Origin: Reichenbachiella sp.
Lineage (GTDB): Bacteria; Bacteroidota; Bacteroidia; Cytophagales; Cyclobacteriaceae
DNA length: 64,000 bases
Direction: 5' to 3'
Assembly (NCBI GenBank): GCA_965222305.1
Contig: OZ244943.1
Coordinates: 3,974,258 to 4,038,257, forward strand
This document shows positions 1 through 9,424 of the stretch, piece after piece. The position numbers and the translations under genes were made by a program. Each line of letters opens with the position of its first letter. The first letter of the stretch is position 1. The notes under the pieces are model-generated. The model was given only the letters and a program-made list of their open reading frames with translations, was not told the origin of the DNA and did not search any database.

Positions 1-94
1 ATGTTTCGATACCCAATTCTTCTTTCAGCAACTTGGCCCGGGCGGGCCCTACGCCTTTTAGAAATTCAATTTTGGTATCCAGATAGTCAGGCAT
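1..94 (-). CDS. recG: ATP-dependent DNA helicase RecG, N-terminus (runs off the window edge)
   Basis: Not in the ORF track. Manual translation from ATG at 94 gives MPDYLDTKIEFLKGVGPARAKLLKEELGIET, matching the LKGVGP..A.LL..ELGI start of RecG. It begins 9 nt after the gldD stop. Confidence 0.8.
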   Translation of the reverse strand, partial: MPDYLDTKIEFLKGVGPARAKLLKEELGIET

Positions 95-103
95 ACCCGG
101 TCC

Positions 104-679
104 TTATTTTTTCCACTCCAGGGTATTGAGCATATGCACCATGTCTTGTTTTACATAGTCGATGACCGGCTGCAGCGAGTCGTTTTGCGTGGAGGTCTTA
201 AAATATAGTGCGCACCGAAGGAAGTTTTGCACCGAATCGGTCACATGAAACTGAAACTGGCTGGGTACCTCACCGGATAGCTCCATCAACGTTGCTTTCA
301 TTCCACTTTTGAGTGTCACAATTGATTCATCTATCGCATAGGCCTTGATGTTGTGCTTTGCGGTGAGCTCATAGGAGTCCTTTAGATATTCGTTTAAAAG
401 CCGAGAATTCCCATTTATTTCCTTGTAGGTCACCTGGATATTGGCATCCAGACTCTGGTAATAAAGGTCAATCCAATACCGCTCTGAGATCCATGAGCTA
501 TCCCTTAGTATTTTGGCATAGGCGGAATGTTCAAAAAAGTAGGGTAGGGTATCAGGCAATGCTGTGTACTTTGCAGGGGGCAGTTCAATGCGGTTAAACC
601 CTTTTGGCTTAGGAACGAAGTTTTTTTCACAACCAAAAACACCCAAGGCAAGAAAAAAGAGTAATAGAAGGTGCCGCAT
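104..679 (-). CDS. gldD: Gliding motility lipoprotein GldD
   Basis: Lipobox VFGC, then [29 protein letters not shown] and FLRCALYF motifs; adjacent to gldE. Confidence 0.92.
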   Translation of the reverse strand: MRHLLLLFFLALGVFGCEKNFVPKPKGFNRIELPPAKYTALPDTLPYFFEHSAYAKILRDSSWISERYWIDLYYQSLDANIQVTYKEINGNSRLLNEYLKDSYELTAKHNIKAYAIDESIVTLKSGMKATLMELSGEVPSQFQFHVTDSVQNFLRCALYFKTSTQNDSLQPVIDYVKQDMVHMLNTLEWKK

Positions 680-681
680 GC

Positions 682-2001
682 TTATCGTTTAATATAAACC
701 CTAATTTTCTTGATCCGTTTTTCGTTTACTGCCACAGGGGTAAACAAGAAATTTTCAAATTCGATTTTCTCGCCGGTATTCGGCAAGGTTCCGTTGATTT
801 CCAGTAGTAGGCCACCCAGCGATTCACTTTCTCCTTTGACATCTTCAAAAGCGCGATGATCCACATTGGCCACCTTACAAAAATCCATCAGCGAAGTCTT
901 TCCTTCAAAGATGAATGTATTGTTGTCCAATACGTTGTAGGCCACATCTGTGTCTTCATCAAACTCATCATTGATTTCGCCAACGATTTCTTCTATAACG
1001 TCCTCCATGGTGATCAGGCCGGAGGTGCCGCCGTACTCATCCACTACAATGGCTATGTGGATTCTTTTTTCCTGGAAGTCCTTAAAAAGAGTGTCTATTT
1101 TTTTGGTCTCCGGCACAAAGAAGCCGGGCCGAAGTAGTGCCTGCCAGTTAAAATCATCTTCTTCGTTGACGTGCGGCAGAACATCCTTGATGTAAAGGAT
1201 GCCTTCTATTTTATCAATCGTCTCTTTGTAAACCGGAATGCGCGAATACCCTGTTTTGTTGATTTGATTCATCAATTCGTGGAAATCCGTCTCCAGGTCA
1301 ATAGCCGTGATGTCCATTCGGGCACGCATGATTTGCTTTACACTCAGCGTTCCAAAATTCACTATTCCTTTAAGGATCCCTTTTTCTTCCTCGGTGGTCT
1401 CGGTGTCTGTAGCGATCTCCAGGGCCTCGTTGAGTTCGTCAACGGATACATTATATCCTTTTTTCTCTATTCTGTTTTCTATCAGGTTACTCACATTGAT
1501 GAGGAGCCACGACAAGGGGCGAAACAATTTGAACGAGAATATAAGAAGACCCGATGTACGCCTCGCGAAAGGCACAGAGTTTTGGTTGGCATATACTTTG
1601 GGCACTATCTCACCTATAAACACGATAAGGATGGTGATGACAATGGTAAGCGTCGCGATAATCGTTCCAGGAGAGTAGATACCCTCGAATATCCTGAGAC
1701 AGAAAAAGGTAGAGATCATGACGATACCGATATTGATGAAATTATTCAATATCAATATAGTGGCCAATAGCTGCTTGGGGCTGGTAAGTAGTTTTTTAAT
1801 CCTACGCGTGCTCAGCTCAGTCCCGGATTCTCCTTCCAGGTCATGGGGTGCTATGGAAAAGTAAGCTACCTCAGAGCCGGATACCAGCGCTGAACCAACA
1901 AAGAGCAACAAAACAATGGTGGCAAAAAGAATGGAGAAGTAGAGATCAGGCTGTGAAAATACTGCTCCTAATATTGCGTATCCCGGGTATGGGTCGTCCA
2001 T
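682..2001 (-). CDS. gldE: Gliding motility-associated protein GldE (CNNM/DUF21, 2 CBS, CorC_HlyC)
   Basis: [27 protein letters not shown] and [25 protein letters not shown] motifs; lies between ssb and gldD. Confidence 0.9.
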   Translation of the reverse strand: MDDPYPGYAILGAVFSQPDLYFSILFATIVLLLFVGSALVSGSEVAYFSIAPHDLEGESGTELSTRRIKKLLTSPKQLLATILILNNFINIGIVMISTFFCLRIFEGIYSPGTIIATLTIVITILIVFIGEIVPKVYANQNSVPFARRTSGLLIFSFKLFRPLSWLLINVSNLIENRIEKKGYNVSVDELNEALEIATDTETTEEEKGILKGIVNFGTLSVKQIMRARMDITAIDLETDFHELMNQINKTGYSRIPVYKETIDKIEGILYIKDVLPHVNEEDDFNWQALLRPGFFVPETKKIDTLFKDFQEKRIHIAIVVDEYGGTSGLITMEDVIEEIVGEINDEFDEDTDVAYNVLDNNTFIFEGKTSLMDFCKVANVDHRAFEDVKGESESLGGLLLEINGTLPNTGEKIEFENFLFTPVAVNEKRIKKIRVYIKR

Positions 2002-2023
2002 TTATTTTATGATAGGTGAAACA

Positions 2024-2464
2024 TTAAAAAGGCAGATCATCCACTTCGTTGGACTCCTCGACAGGTCCTTCAGCCACCGGCTCTGCAGCCGGGGTTGCAA
2101 CCTGAGCGGCTGGTGCACTGCCATCTTCAGAGCGTGGACCTCCAAGTAAAGTCATTTCGCGACCTACCACCTCCGTGATATATTTGGTGACACCCTCCCG
2201 GTCTTCGTACGATCGGGAAGTAAGCTTGCCCTCGATGTATACCTGATTTCCTTTTTTCAGATATTTTTCTGCTATCTCAGCCAGAGGGGTCCACAGCACG
2301 ATGTTGTGCCATTCTGTAGCGGTCACGCGCTCTCCTTGTTTGTTTTTGTATGTCTCGCTGGTAGCAATAGAAAAGTTGGCTACAGCTCGTCCATTGTCGA
2401 GGTGTCGTACCTCAGGATCACGCCCCAAATTCCCCAAAAGTATCACTTTATTTACTCCAGCCAT
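2024..2464 (-). CDS. ssb: Single-stranded DNA-binding protein
   Basis: VNKVILLGNLGRDPEVR, TEWHNIV and the C-terminal DDLPF tail. Confidence 0.97.
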   Translation of the reverse strand: MAGVNKVILLGNLGRDPEVRHLDNGRAVANFSIATSETYKNKQGERVTATEWHNIVLWTPLAEIAEKYLKKGNQVYIEGKLTSRSYEDREGVTKYITEVVGREMTLLGGPRSEDGSAPAAQVATPAAEPVAEGPVEESNEVDDLPF

Positions 2465-2476
2465 GTTTTTACTATT

Positions 2477-3568
2477 TTAGTTAAAATTGGAATTTAGCAA
2501 CAAATCAGCGCTTTTCAAAAACCGCTCAATGGGTTTCGGAACACCAAAATTATCAATTTCTGAAACAAGTATTGACTGCATCTGGTAGTTCTTTTTGATT
2601 CGCTCAAAATCCGAATCGTCTACTTCATATACTTTGAAATAGATGTTGAGTTTTTGATGGGTGAGGCGGTGCTCCATTTTATCCCCTTCGTATACCGGTT
2701 TTTCGCCAATGATCTCGTTGAGTTTATTGAAAGAATCGGAACTGGATGTCGTTTTTTCAATTAATAAAAATTCGAACAACCCTTGCCAGATGCCTCGCCC
2801 TGTTCGCTGGCGGATGAGTAACTTTTCACCGTATTTAATGATATGATAAATCAGTGTTCGCTCAGTGATTTCTAGTTTTTTCTCCTTTACCGGTAATCGA
2901 TCGATCAAATTTTCTTTCCTCGCCCGGCAGTATAAGCGCACTGGGCAAATGTCACATTTTGGACTTGTCGGAAGGCAGATCATCGCACCCAGGTCCATCA
3001 CCGCCTGGTTGAACTGGCCGCAGTTTTTTTCAGGCATGATCTGTTGGGTAGCCTCAAAGAATATTTTGAACGCCGGTGAAGAAGCAATGTTGTCAGAAAT
3101 ATTCAGCAGACGGGATATGAACCGAAAAGCATTGCCATCCACAGCCGGTACTCGCTCGTCAAAACAGATGCTGGCGATGGCCGCAGCGGTGTACTTGCCC
3201 ACTCCCTTCAGGCTTAGGAGCTCATGATAATTGCCTGGGAATTTTCCCTCGAGATCACCACTGATTTTTTTGGCTGTTGAATGCAGGTTTCTAGCGCGGC
3301 TGTAGTATCCCAGCCCCTGCCAAAGCTTTAACACTTCGTCTTCGGAAGCAGTTGCCAGATCATGGACAGTAGGGTATTGGTGGAGGAACTTTTCGAAATA
3401 CGGAAGGCCCTGCGAAATCCGGGTCTGCTGGAGAATGATCTCCGACAGCCAGATTACATAGGGGTCTCTTGTTTCTCTCCAGGGAAGCTCACGATAATTG
3501 TCTGAATACCATGACATTATAGACTTGGTAAGCTTTGATTTATCGTCGAGCAGAAAGGAGGATTTCAA
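2477..3568 (-). CDS. mutY: A/G-specific adenine glycosylase MutY
   Basis: RELPWR, WLSEIILQQT, WQGLGYYSRARNLH, HhH motif LKGVGKYTAAAI and Fe-S motif CLPTSPKCDICPVRLYC. The start could be the TTG at 3568 or the ATG at 3517. Confidence 0.95.
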   Translation of the reverse strand: MKSSFLLDDKSKLTKSIMSWYSDNYRELPWRETRDPYVIWLSEIILQQTRISQGLPYFEKFLHQYPTVHDLATASEDEVLKLWQGLGYYSRARNLHSTAKKISGDLEGKFPGNYHELLSLKGVGKYTAAAIASICFDERVPAVDGNAFRFISRLLNISDNIASSPAFKIFFEATQQIMPEKNCGQFNQAVMDLGAMICLPTSPKCDICPVRLYCRARKENLIDRLPVKEKKLEITERTLIYHIIKYGEKLLIRQRTGRGIWQGLFEFLLIEKTTSSSDSFNKLNEIIGEKPVYEGDKMEHRLTHQKLNIYFKVYEVDDSDFERIKKNYQMQSILVSEIDNFGVPKPIERFLKSADLLLNSNFN

Positions 3569-3694
3569 AGGAGGATATTATTTCTCAATGAATGATTTTT
3601 TGTTTTTATTTGCGCAGCAGGATTCGGAGAGGCTTGGCACTTCATTTGTAGTGAATCCAGATAAATAAAGTACAATAATAAAAGATAAATCGTA

Positions 3695-3985
3695 GTGACG
3701 AAAGCGGATGTGATAAATGAGATCGCGGATAAAACCGGGATCGACAGGTTGGATGTTCAGGCTTCAGTTGAAGCTTTTTTTTCAGTGGTAAAAAACTCAA
3801 TGGCTGAAGGAGAAAATATCTATGTGAGAGGATTTGGGAGCTTTGTAAATAAAAAGAGAGCAAAAAAGATAGCCCGCAATATTTCTAAGAATACTGCCAT
3901 GGTCATCGACGAGCACTACATCCCCAGCTTCAAGCCTTCTAAGGTTTTCGTAGAGAAAATCAAGACAAGCAAAAAAATAAGCTAA
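3695..3985 (+). CDS. hup: HU family nucleoid-associated DNA-binding protein
   Basis: MTKADVINEIA, IYVRGFGSF, ARNI and PSFKPSK motifs. Confidence 0.93.
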   Translation: MTKADVINEIADKTGIDRLDVQASVEAFFSVVKNSMAEGENIYVRGFGSFVNKKRAKKIARNISKNTAMVIDEHYIPSFKPSKVFVEKIKTSKKIS

Positions 3986-3986
3986 T

Positions 3987-4799
3987 ATGTCTGTACGCCA
4001 GTGGTTGGTTTTATTGGCGGCAGCTGTACTGGTAGTAGTCCTATACAACCTTCCTCGTTCGGTGGTAGAAAACACCACTTCAGATGTGGATTTGGAGAAC
4101 GAGGGGGTTTCTAATAGCTCTGGTCATTCATTTTCAATAGCTGAATCCGACCAGGCAATCATATTCTCACTTAGAAACTTAATATCCAAAAGCGAGAGTA
4201 ATAAAAAAGTTGCTATCTTTGCGGACTCTTTGTCCGGCATTTATCTGAAAAGTAATTTTTTGGACAGTGCGGAGTTCTTTGCTGATCTGACATTAGACAT
4301 GGATTCGTCCATTTTGGGTCAGAAATCAGCAGGAGATTTGTACTTCAGAATTTTCGGGATTTCTTCAGATTCTGATCGTACAATGAGAGTAGCAAGCAAA
4401 GCAGCGAATTGCTTTGAAAGGGTATTGGAAGAGCGTGACGATCCCGATATCCGTGCCAATCTAGCCATGACCAAGGTAGTATCGTCGAACCCCATGCAGG
4501 GGATCATGATGCTAAGAGGGATACTAGAAGAGTATCCTGATAATGTCACAGCGATATTCAATCTGGGGATGCTATCCATGCAGTCCGGACAATACGATAA
4601 AGCTGTGGAAAGATTTGAAAAATTGATGACCCTTGATGGATCAAACACCCAGGCCGGATACTATCTGGCCATTAGCTATTTTGAGCTGGGTGATAATACG
4701 AACGCCAAAAAGTGGTTTGAAAAAATTATGACCGAAAGTAGTGACCCGGCAATCGTTAGCTCTGCCGATCAATACTTGAAGGAGTTAAACGAATTATAA
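3987..4799 (+). CDS. Membrane-anchored tetratricopeptide repeat protein
   Basis: N-terminal hydrophobic segment; TPR-like AIFNLGMLSMQSGQYDKAVERFEK and AGYYLAISYFELG. Confidence 0.8.
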   Translation: MSVRQWLVLLAAAVLVVVLYNLPRSVVENTTSDVDLENEGVSNSSGHSFSIAESDQAIIFSLRNLISKSESNKKVAIFADSLSGIYLKSNFLDSAEFFADLTLDMDSSILGQKSAGDLYFRIFGISSDSDRTMRVASKAANCFERVLEERDDPDIRANLAMTKVVSSNPMQGIMMLRGILEEYPDNVTAIFNLGMLSMQSGQYDKAVERFEKLMTLDGSNTQAGYYLAISYFELGDNTNAKKWFEKIMTESSDPAIVSSADQYLKELNEL

Positions 4800-4819
4800 A
4801 ACATTAAAGGAAGAGGAAT

Positions 4820-4909
4820 ATGCCTTGCGGTAAGAAAAGAAAAAGACATAAGATCTCTACTCACAAGAGAAAGAAGAGACTAAGAAAAAACAGACACAAG
4901 AAGAAGTAA
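4820..4909 (+). CDS. 29-aa basic protein, bS22/mS38 (AURKAIP1/COX24-like) small ribosomal protein
   Basis: Below the ORF-track cutoff. Manual translation: MPCGKKRKRHKISTHKRKKRLRKNRHKKK*. Matches the K/R/H-rich MPxGKKRKRHKxxTHKRKKR peptide recalled from Bacteroidota; co-oriented between the TPR gene and rng. Confidence 0.8.
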   Translation: MPCGKKRKRHKISTHKRKKRLRKNRHKKK

Positions 4910-4961
4910 GTGTCGTCCGGGTTATTTGAAATCATAGTTTTAAACTAAAACATCAAACAAG

Positions 4962-6512
4962 TTGAGTAACGAACTTATAATCAACTCAACTCAGAATGGA
5001 TGTCGAATAGCTCTTTTAAAAGATAAAAAATTATCCGAGTATCATCAGGACGAAGATGGTCAGCAGTTTAATGTAGGCGATATATACCTGGGACAAGTCA
5101 AAAAGGTTGTTCCGGGTCTGAATGCCGCCTTTGTTGATATAGGCTATGAAAAAGATGCCTTTCTTCACTACCTCGATCTCGGCCCCCAGCTGCAGTCTTT
5201 AAATAAGTACACCAAGATGGTGATTTCCGGTAAGAACGCCGGTAAGAACCTGACGGGTTTCAAAAGACTCCCTGATATCAATAAACTGGGGAAAATGAAC
5301 CAGGTTCTAACCAAAAACCAGCGCGTGCTGGTACAAGTGGTAAAAGAACCTATCTCTACAAAAGGGCCAAGACTTTCTAGTGAGTTGTCTATAGCCGGCC
5401 GATATGTCGTGCTGGTACCATTCTCTGATACAGTAAGTGTATCAAAAAAAATAGGTGATAGTGCGGAGCGCAAGCGGCTCCTGCGACTGATCGCTTCTAT
5501 CAAACCTGAGAACTTCGGGGTAATCATCCGTACAGTAGCGGCTGGGAAAAACGTAGGTGAGCTGGACAAGGATCTCTCAAATCTGCTAAATAAATGGCAT
5601 GAGGGAATGAAAAAGCTCAAGACGGTCAAGCCGAATGAAAAGGTCATCGGTGAGATCAACCGCGCCAATTCCATCCTCAGAGATGTACTGAACGAATCTT
5701 TCGACAGCATTGTCATCGATGAAAAACCGCTCTACCAGCAGGTAAGATCGTTTATCAGGGAGATCGCTCCTGAAAAGGAAAAGATCACCAAGCTATATAA
5801 TGGTCGCCCTAAGATTTTCGAAGCATACGGAATTGAGAAGCAACTCAAAGGCCTATTTGGTCAATCGGTAAGCATCGATGGAGGAGGCTATCTGATCATC
5901 GAGCATACGGAGGCACTCCACGTGATTGACGTTAACAGTGGTAATAAATCGAATGCCGAGGACAACCAGGAGAGCACAGCACTTAAGGTGAACCTCGATG
6001 CAGCTCGTGAGATTGCACGTCAACTGCGCTTGAGAGATATGGGTGGGATCATCGTGATTGATTTCATCGATATGCGCAAGACCGAAAACAAGAAGGTGCT
6101 CTACAAGCGCATGAAGGACGAAATGAAGGCGGATCGGTCGAAATACACCGTGCTGCCTCTGTCGAAATTCGGTTTGATGCAAATCACTCGTCAGCGGGTA
6201 CGCCCTGAGCTTAACATCAAGACTCGTGAGGTATGCCCGACTTGTGATGGCACGGGTAAGATCACCGCTTCTATCCTGATCACGGATCAGATAGAAAAGG
6301 ATCTGGAGCACATCATCAAAAAGCAGAACGAGAAGAAATTGACTATTACGCTACATCCTTATTTGTATGCATACTACACCAAGGGATTCTTTTCGCGACA
6401 GTGGAAATGGTACTTTAAGTATAAGCGCTGGATCAATTTGATTGAAGATACTTCGATGGCTATACTCGAGTATAGTTTCATCAACAGTCACGGAGAAGAG
6501 ATCGAACTTTAA
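4962..6512 (+). CDS. rng: Rne/Rng family ribonuclease (RNase G/E)
   Basis: S1 region GDIYLGQVKKVVPGLNAAFVDIG, KGPRLS, IDVNSG, RLRDMGGIIVIDFIDM and Zn-link CPTCDGTG; TTG start. Confidence 0.95.
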   Translation: MSNELIINSTQNGCRIALLKDKKLSEYHQDEDGQQFNVGDIYLGQVKKVVPGLNAAFVDIGYEKDAFLHYLDLGPQLQSLNKYTKMVISGKNAGKNLTGFKRLPDINKLGKMNQVLTKNQRVLVQVVKEPISTKGPRLSSELSIAGRYVVLVPFSDTVSVSKKIGDSAERKRLLRLIASIKPENFGVIIRTVAAGKNVGELDKDLSNLLNKWHEGMKKLKTVKPNEKVIGEINRANSILRDVLNESFDSIVIDEKPLYQQVRSFIREIAPEKEKITKLYNGRPKIFEAYGIEKQLKGLFGQSVSIDGGGYLIIEHTEALHVIDVNSGNKSNAEDNQESTALKVNLDAAREIARQLRLRDMGGIIVIDFIDMRKTENKKVLYKRMKDEMKADRSKYTVLPLSKFGLMQITRQRVRPELNIKTREVCPTCDGTGKITASILITDQIEKDLEHIIKKQNEKKLTITLHPYLYAYYTKGFFSRQWKWYFKYKRWINLIEDTSMAILEYSFINSHGEEIEL

Positions 6513-6528
6513 GTTCGATCTTTTTTTT
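6499..6528 (+). terminator. Intrinsic terminator of rng
   Basis: AGATCGAACTT/AAGTTCGATCT inverted repeat across the rng stop codon, followed by a T run ending at 6528. Confidence 0.8.
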
Positions 6529-6530
6529 GC

Positions 6531-7025
6531 TCAATATTTTGAATGATGCAGTTGATCCCTCTTTCGTAGATCAATCATGGTTTTTATTCTTTCGAATTGT
6601 TGAGGTGAGATATTCAGAATCGAGAATATATAAGTTTCTTCTAAGGTCGATATATGCAATTTGTTATTCTTGATTTCGAATGAGGTAATGGCTGAGTAAA
6701 GAATGCTGCGCTTACCATAGTGATTTATAGTAAGGAAATCATCCTTGAAATAGATTGTGGCGGGCAACGCAGCCACCCCCCCAAAAATCAACAATGAACC
6801 GATAAGCAGGTCTGGCCAAAACCCCAGATTAAAGAGAAATTTTGAATCTGAAACATGAGAAACTACGAGTATTCCATATACGATTAGTATCTGTCCTATT
6901 GGCCAATTGATTTTTGTGGTTTTAACAACAATCGATCTAAGAATGAACGGAGAAAAATATGGATACAGATTCTTTATGAGCATAAAGAGGTAGAGAAGGC
7001 AAGCAGCGATGTAGAAAAAATTCAT
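6531..7025 (-). CDS. Hypothetical membrane protein
   Basis: 164-aa ORF with about three hydrophobic segments and a short C-terminal soluble domain. It starts 1 nt after the upstream beta-barrel stop and is AT-rich. Confidence 0.6.
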   Translation of the reverse strand: MNFFYIAACLLYLFMLIKNLYPYFSPFILRSIVVKTTKINWPIGQILIVYGILVVSHVSDSKFLFNLGFWPDLLIGSLLIFGGVAALPATIYFKDDFLTINHYGKRSILYSAITSFEIKNNKLHISTLEETYIFSILNISPQQFERIKTMIDLRKRDQLHHSKY

Positions 7026-7026
7026 A

Positions 7027-7647
7027 TCAAAACTTCAACCCCACCTTCAGCGAAGTAAATCTTGTTCGCACCGTCAACTTTCCAACGGCTGTATGATCGG
7101 CGACAATATTGGCTAGCCCATGATCGTAAAAAATACCCCCGTAAATCACGGTATTCACCCCGGCACCGTATTCTACACCTGCACCACCAGTAAATGAGAA
7201 GTCGTAAAACCGGAAGTCTTCGATCAAGGTATAGTCATTGTCCAGGGCTTCGTTAAACACCATGATCTCTCCCAAAAAGCCCAACTGGAAGTACACCTTG
7301 AGATCGGGCTGCACCTCGCTGGTGAAAAGTTTCAAAGTAGCCGGTATCTGGATGTACTGAACACGATACTCTTCCTTATAGCTTTCGCTCGCTCCGTTAA
7401 CGGTCACCCCGACCCGCTTAGGCGCAAAGATGATCCCGGAGCTAAAGGAATAGTTGTCAGCCATGGGGAAATCGAATTCCAACCCAAACTTTGATCGGAA
7501 GGCAGAGCCATCATTGGTGATGGAGTCTTCGTCGAATTTGACCCTATTGGTAGAAAACCCGGGCGCCACCATCAAACCAATTTTGACCTGGGCCAGACCG
7601 GTGAAGGCAAAAATGAAGAGCAGGGAGGTAATGGAAAGTTTCTTCAT
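7027..7647 (-). CDS. Outer-membrane beta-barrel protein (PorT-like/OMP_b-brl_2 family)
   Basis: Signal peptide MKKLSITSLLFIFAFTGLA-Q from ATG 7647; YIQIPATLKL strand; C-terminal KVGLKF with terminal Phe. Confidence 0.8.
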   Translation of the reverse strand: MKKLSITSLLFIFAFTGLAQVKIGLMVAPGFSTNRVKFDEDSITNDGSAFRSKFGLEFDFPMADNYSFSSGIIFAPKRVGVTVNGASESYKEEYRVQYIQIPATLKLFTSEVQPDLKVYFQLGFLGEIMVFNEALDNDYTLIEDFRFYDFSFTGGAGVEYGAGVNTVIYGGIFYDHGLANIVADHTAVGKLTVRTRFTSLKVGLKF

Positions 7648-7685
7648 GTGAATAAAATAAATAAATAATTTTGTCTTTTTAGTAT

Positions 7686-8747
7686 TTGAAATACTTCTCG
7701 ACAAAACTAAACGACCAAAGATTGAAGATTCATACTTTTCAGACCATTCTCGCTAAAATCTCACTTTTTCTTTTTGCCTTGATTTTGTTGGGCAGCTGTA
7801 AGGAAGACCGCTGTGATCAGGTGAAGCAGTACGAGGACATTACCGTAGATATTGAGTCGGAAAGGCTCGAAGGAGCGCTGCGAAAGTTCAAATCTCCAGA
7901 TGACGCCATTACATTTCTAATAGAAAACAGGACATTGGCTGACTACTTTTTAGATGCCAATCAATACCCTAATGATACGATCTTGGCCCGAAGGATGTAT
8001 CGATTATTTACTAACCAATCTATCGATTCACTGTTCATGGAAGTGGATGGATACTTCACCAATTGGGAAGAAATAGAACGTGAGCTTGAGTCAGCCTATC
8101 GGTTCATTCGGTTTAACTACCCGGAAAAAGAGATTCCGAGAGTTCAAACCCTGGTCACAGGATTTTACAACGATATGTATATCTCGGACTCCCTGATTGT
8201 GGTGGGCCTGGATTTTTTCATGGGCACCCAGGGGTCGTATCATCCCAATGACATTCCTCTATACATCGTGAAGCGCTACAGAAGGGAAAGTCTCGTGCCG
8301 TTTGTTTTGAGCTTTGTTTCCAATGATTTTAACAAAACCGACAGACAGCACAATACTTTGCTGGCCGACATGATCAACCTGGGCAAGTCCTATTTCTTCG
8401 TGTCCGAAGCATTGCCTTGCAAACCGGATTCTTTGATCATAGGGTACACTGCTGAGGAAATGAGGCTGGTGCGGGAAAACCAGAAAGTCATTTGGGCGAA
8501 CTTCATCGAAAATGAACTACTATATGAGACGGATCACTTTATGAGAAATAAGTTCATTGGCGAAAGCCCCAATGTGGTAGAAATCAGTGAAAAGTGCCCT
8601 GGCAGGGTCGGTGCATGGATTGGCTGGCAGATCGTAAGAAAATACATGGAGGAAAACCCCAAAGTTTCTTTTGCCGATCTGATGAATGAAACGGATGCCC
8701 ACAAAATCTTTCAGCAGTCGGGGTACAAACCTAGAAATGCTAAGTGA
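7686..8747 (+). CDS. gldB: Gliding motility lipoprotein GldB
   Basis: Lipobox LLGSC; DSLIVVGLDFF, LLADMINLGKSYF, NQKVIWANFIENELLY, KFIGESP, PGRVGAWIGWQIVRKYM and SGYKP motifs. Exact start uncertain. Confidence 0.85.
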   Translation: MKYFSTKLNDQRLKIHTFQTILAKISLFLFALILLGSCKEDRCDQVKQYEDITVDIESERLEGALRKFKSPDDAITFLIENRTLADYFLDANQYPNDTILARRMYRLFTNQSIDSLFMEVDGYFTNWEEIERELESAYRFIRFNYPEKEIPRVQTLVTGFYNDMYISDSLIVVGLDFFMGTQGSYHPNDIPLYIVKRYRRESLVPFVLSFVSNDFNKTDRQHNTLLADMINLGKSYFFVSEALPCKPDSLIIGYTAEEMRLVRENQKVIWANFIENELLYETDHFMRNKFIGESPNVVEISEKCPGRVGAWIGWQIVRKYMEENPKVSFADLMNETDAHKIFQQSGYKPRNAK

Positions 8748-8835
8748 GGTTGGCAGTTTGTATCCACGACAAAACAGGAATCATCTTAAATAGAAAACCA
8801 ATATTTGAACAAAACTGCCGTTCTTTGCTTCAGCA

Positions 8836-9414
8836 GTGAAAAAAATAATTGTGATAGTGGCTATGTCCCTATTGCTAGGGACAAGTGTGTGCTTATTTTG
8901 GCAGGAAGAGTATAAATTTTATTCGAGCACTCACAAGAACTCGCAAAAAAGAGCAGGTTCTCATGTTGACCTTGGCCTTCAGGTTCTTAATCACCGTCCC
9001 TCATTTCTTCATTTCTATGATAATTCCTGCAAGTTTTCAAGGACAAACCTGGCTCACCTGGGTCTTTTCATTGGATCCGATACGACACTATTAGACTATT
9101 ATGTAGTCTGCAAGGCACGTACTGATACAGCCATGCTTAGGGCAAAATACGCAGTACCCCGGCACATGAAATTCTTGTATGATTCTACCGGGCAGATTGC
9201 GCGCAAATGTGGCGTGGGCTCTACACCGCAGGCCGCAATTATAGACGCTGACCAAAGCCTATATTTCGTAGGAGACTATAGCCTGGACAATAGCCTTTGT
9301 GGCCCTGCAAACATCCAGTATTCAGGTCCGGCAATTGCACTTGATAGAATTCTGAGAAACAAACCATTTATGATAAACCCAACAATCAGCTTCTCAGCCG
9401 GTTGCAACATTTAA
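8836..9414 (+). CDS. Membrane-anchored thioredoxin/redoxin-like protein (resembles DUF6436-type proteins)
   Basis: N-terminal TM/signal; [15 protein letters not shown] (CxxS), STPQAAIID...LYFVGDY and terminal AGCNI resemble AhpC/TSA-like redoxin folds. The family number is recalled, not searched. Confidence 0.55.
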   Translation: MKKIIVIVAMSLLLGTSVCLFWQEEYKFYSSTHKNSQKRAGSHVDLGLQVLNHRPSFLHFYDNSCKFSRTNLAHLGLFIGSDTTLLDYYVVCKARTDTAMLRAKYAVPRHMKFLYDSTGQIARKCGVGSTPQAAIIDADQSLYFVGDYSLDNSLCGPANIQYSGPAIALDRILRNKPFMINPTISFSAGCNI

Positions 9415-9424
9415 CTCGAAAAAA

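Noticed and set aside
5245-5262. ACCTGACGGGTTT resembling the REP-like motif
   Set aside because: Imperfect, unpaired and inside the rng coding frame; probably chance.
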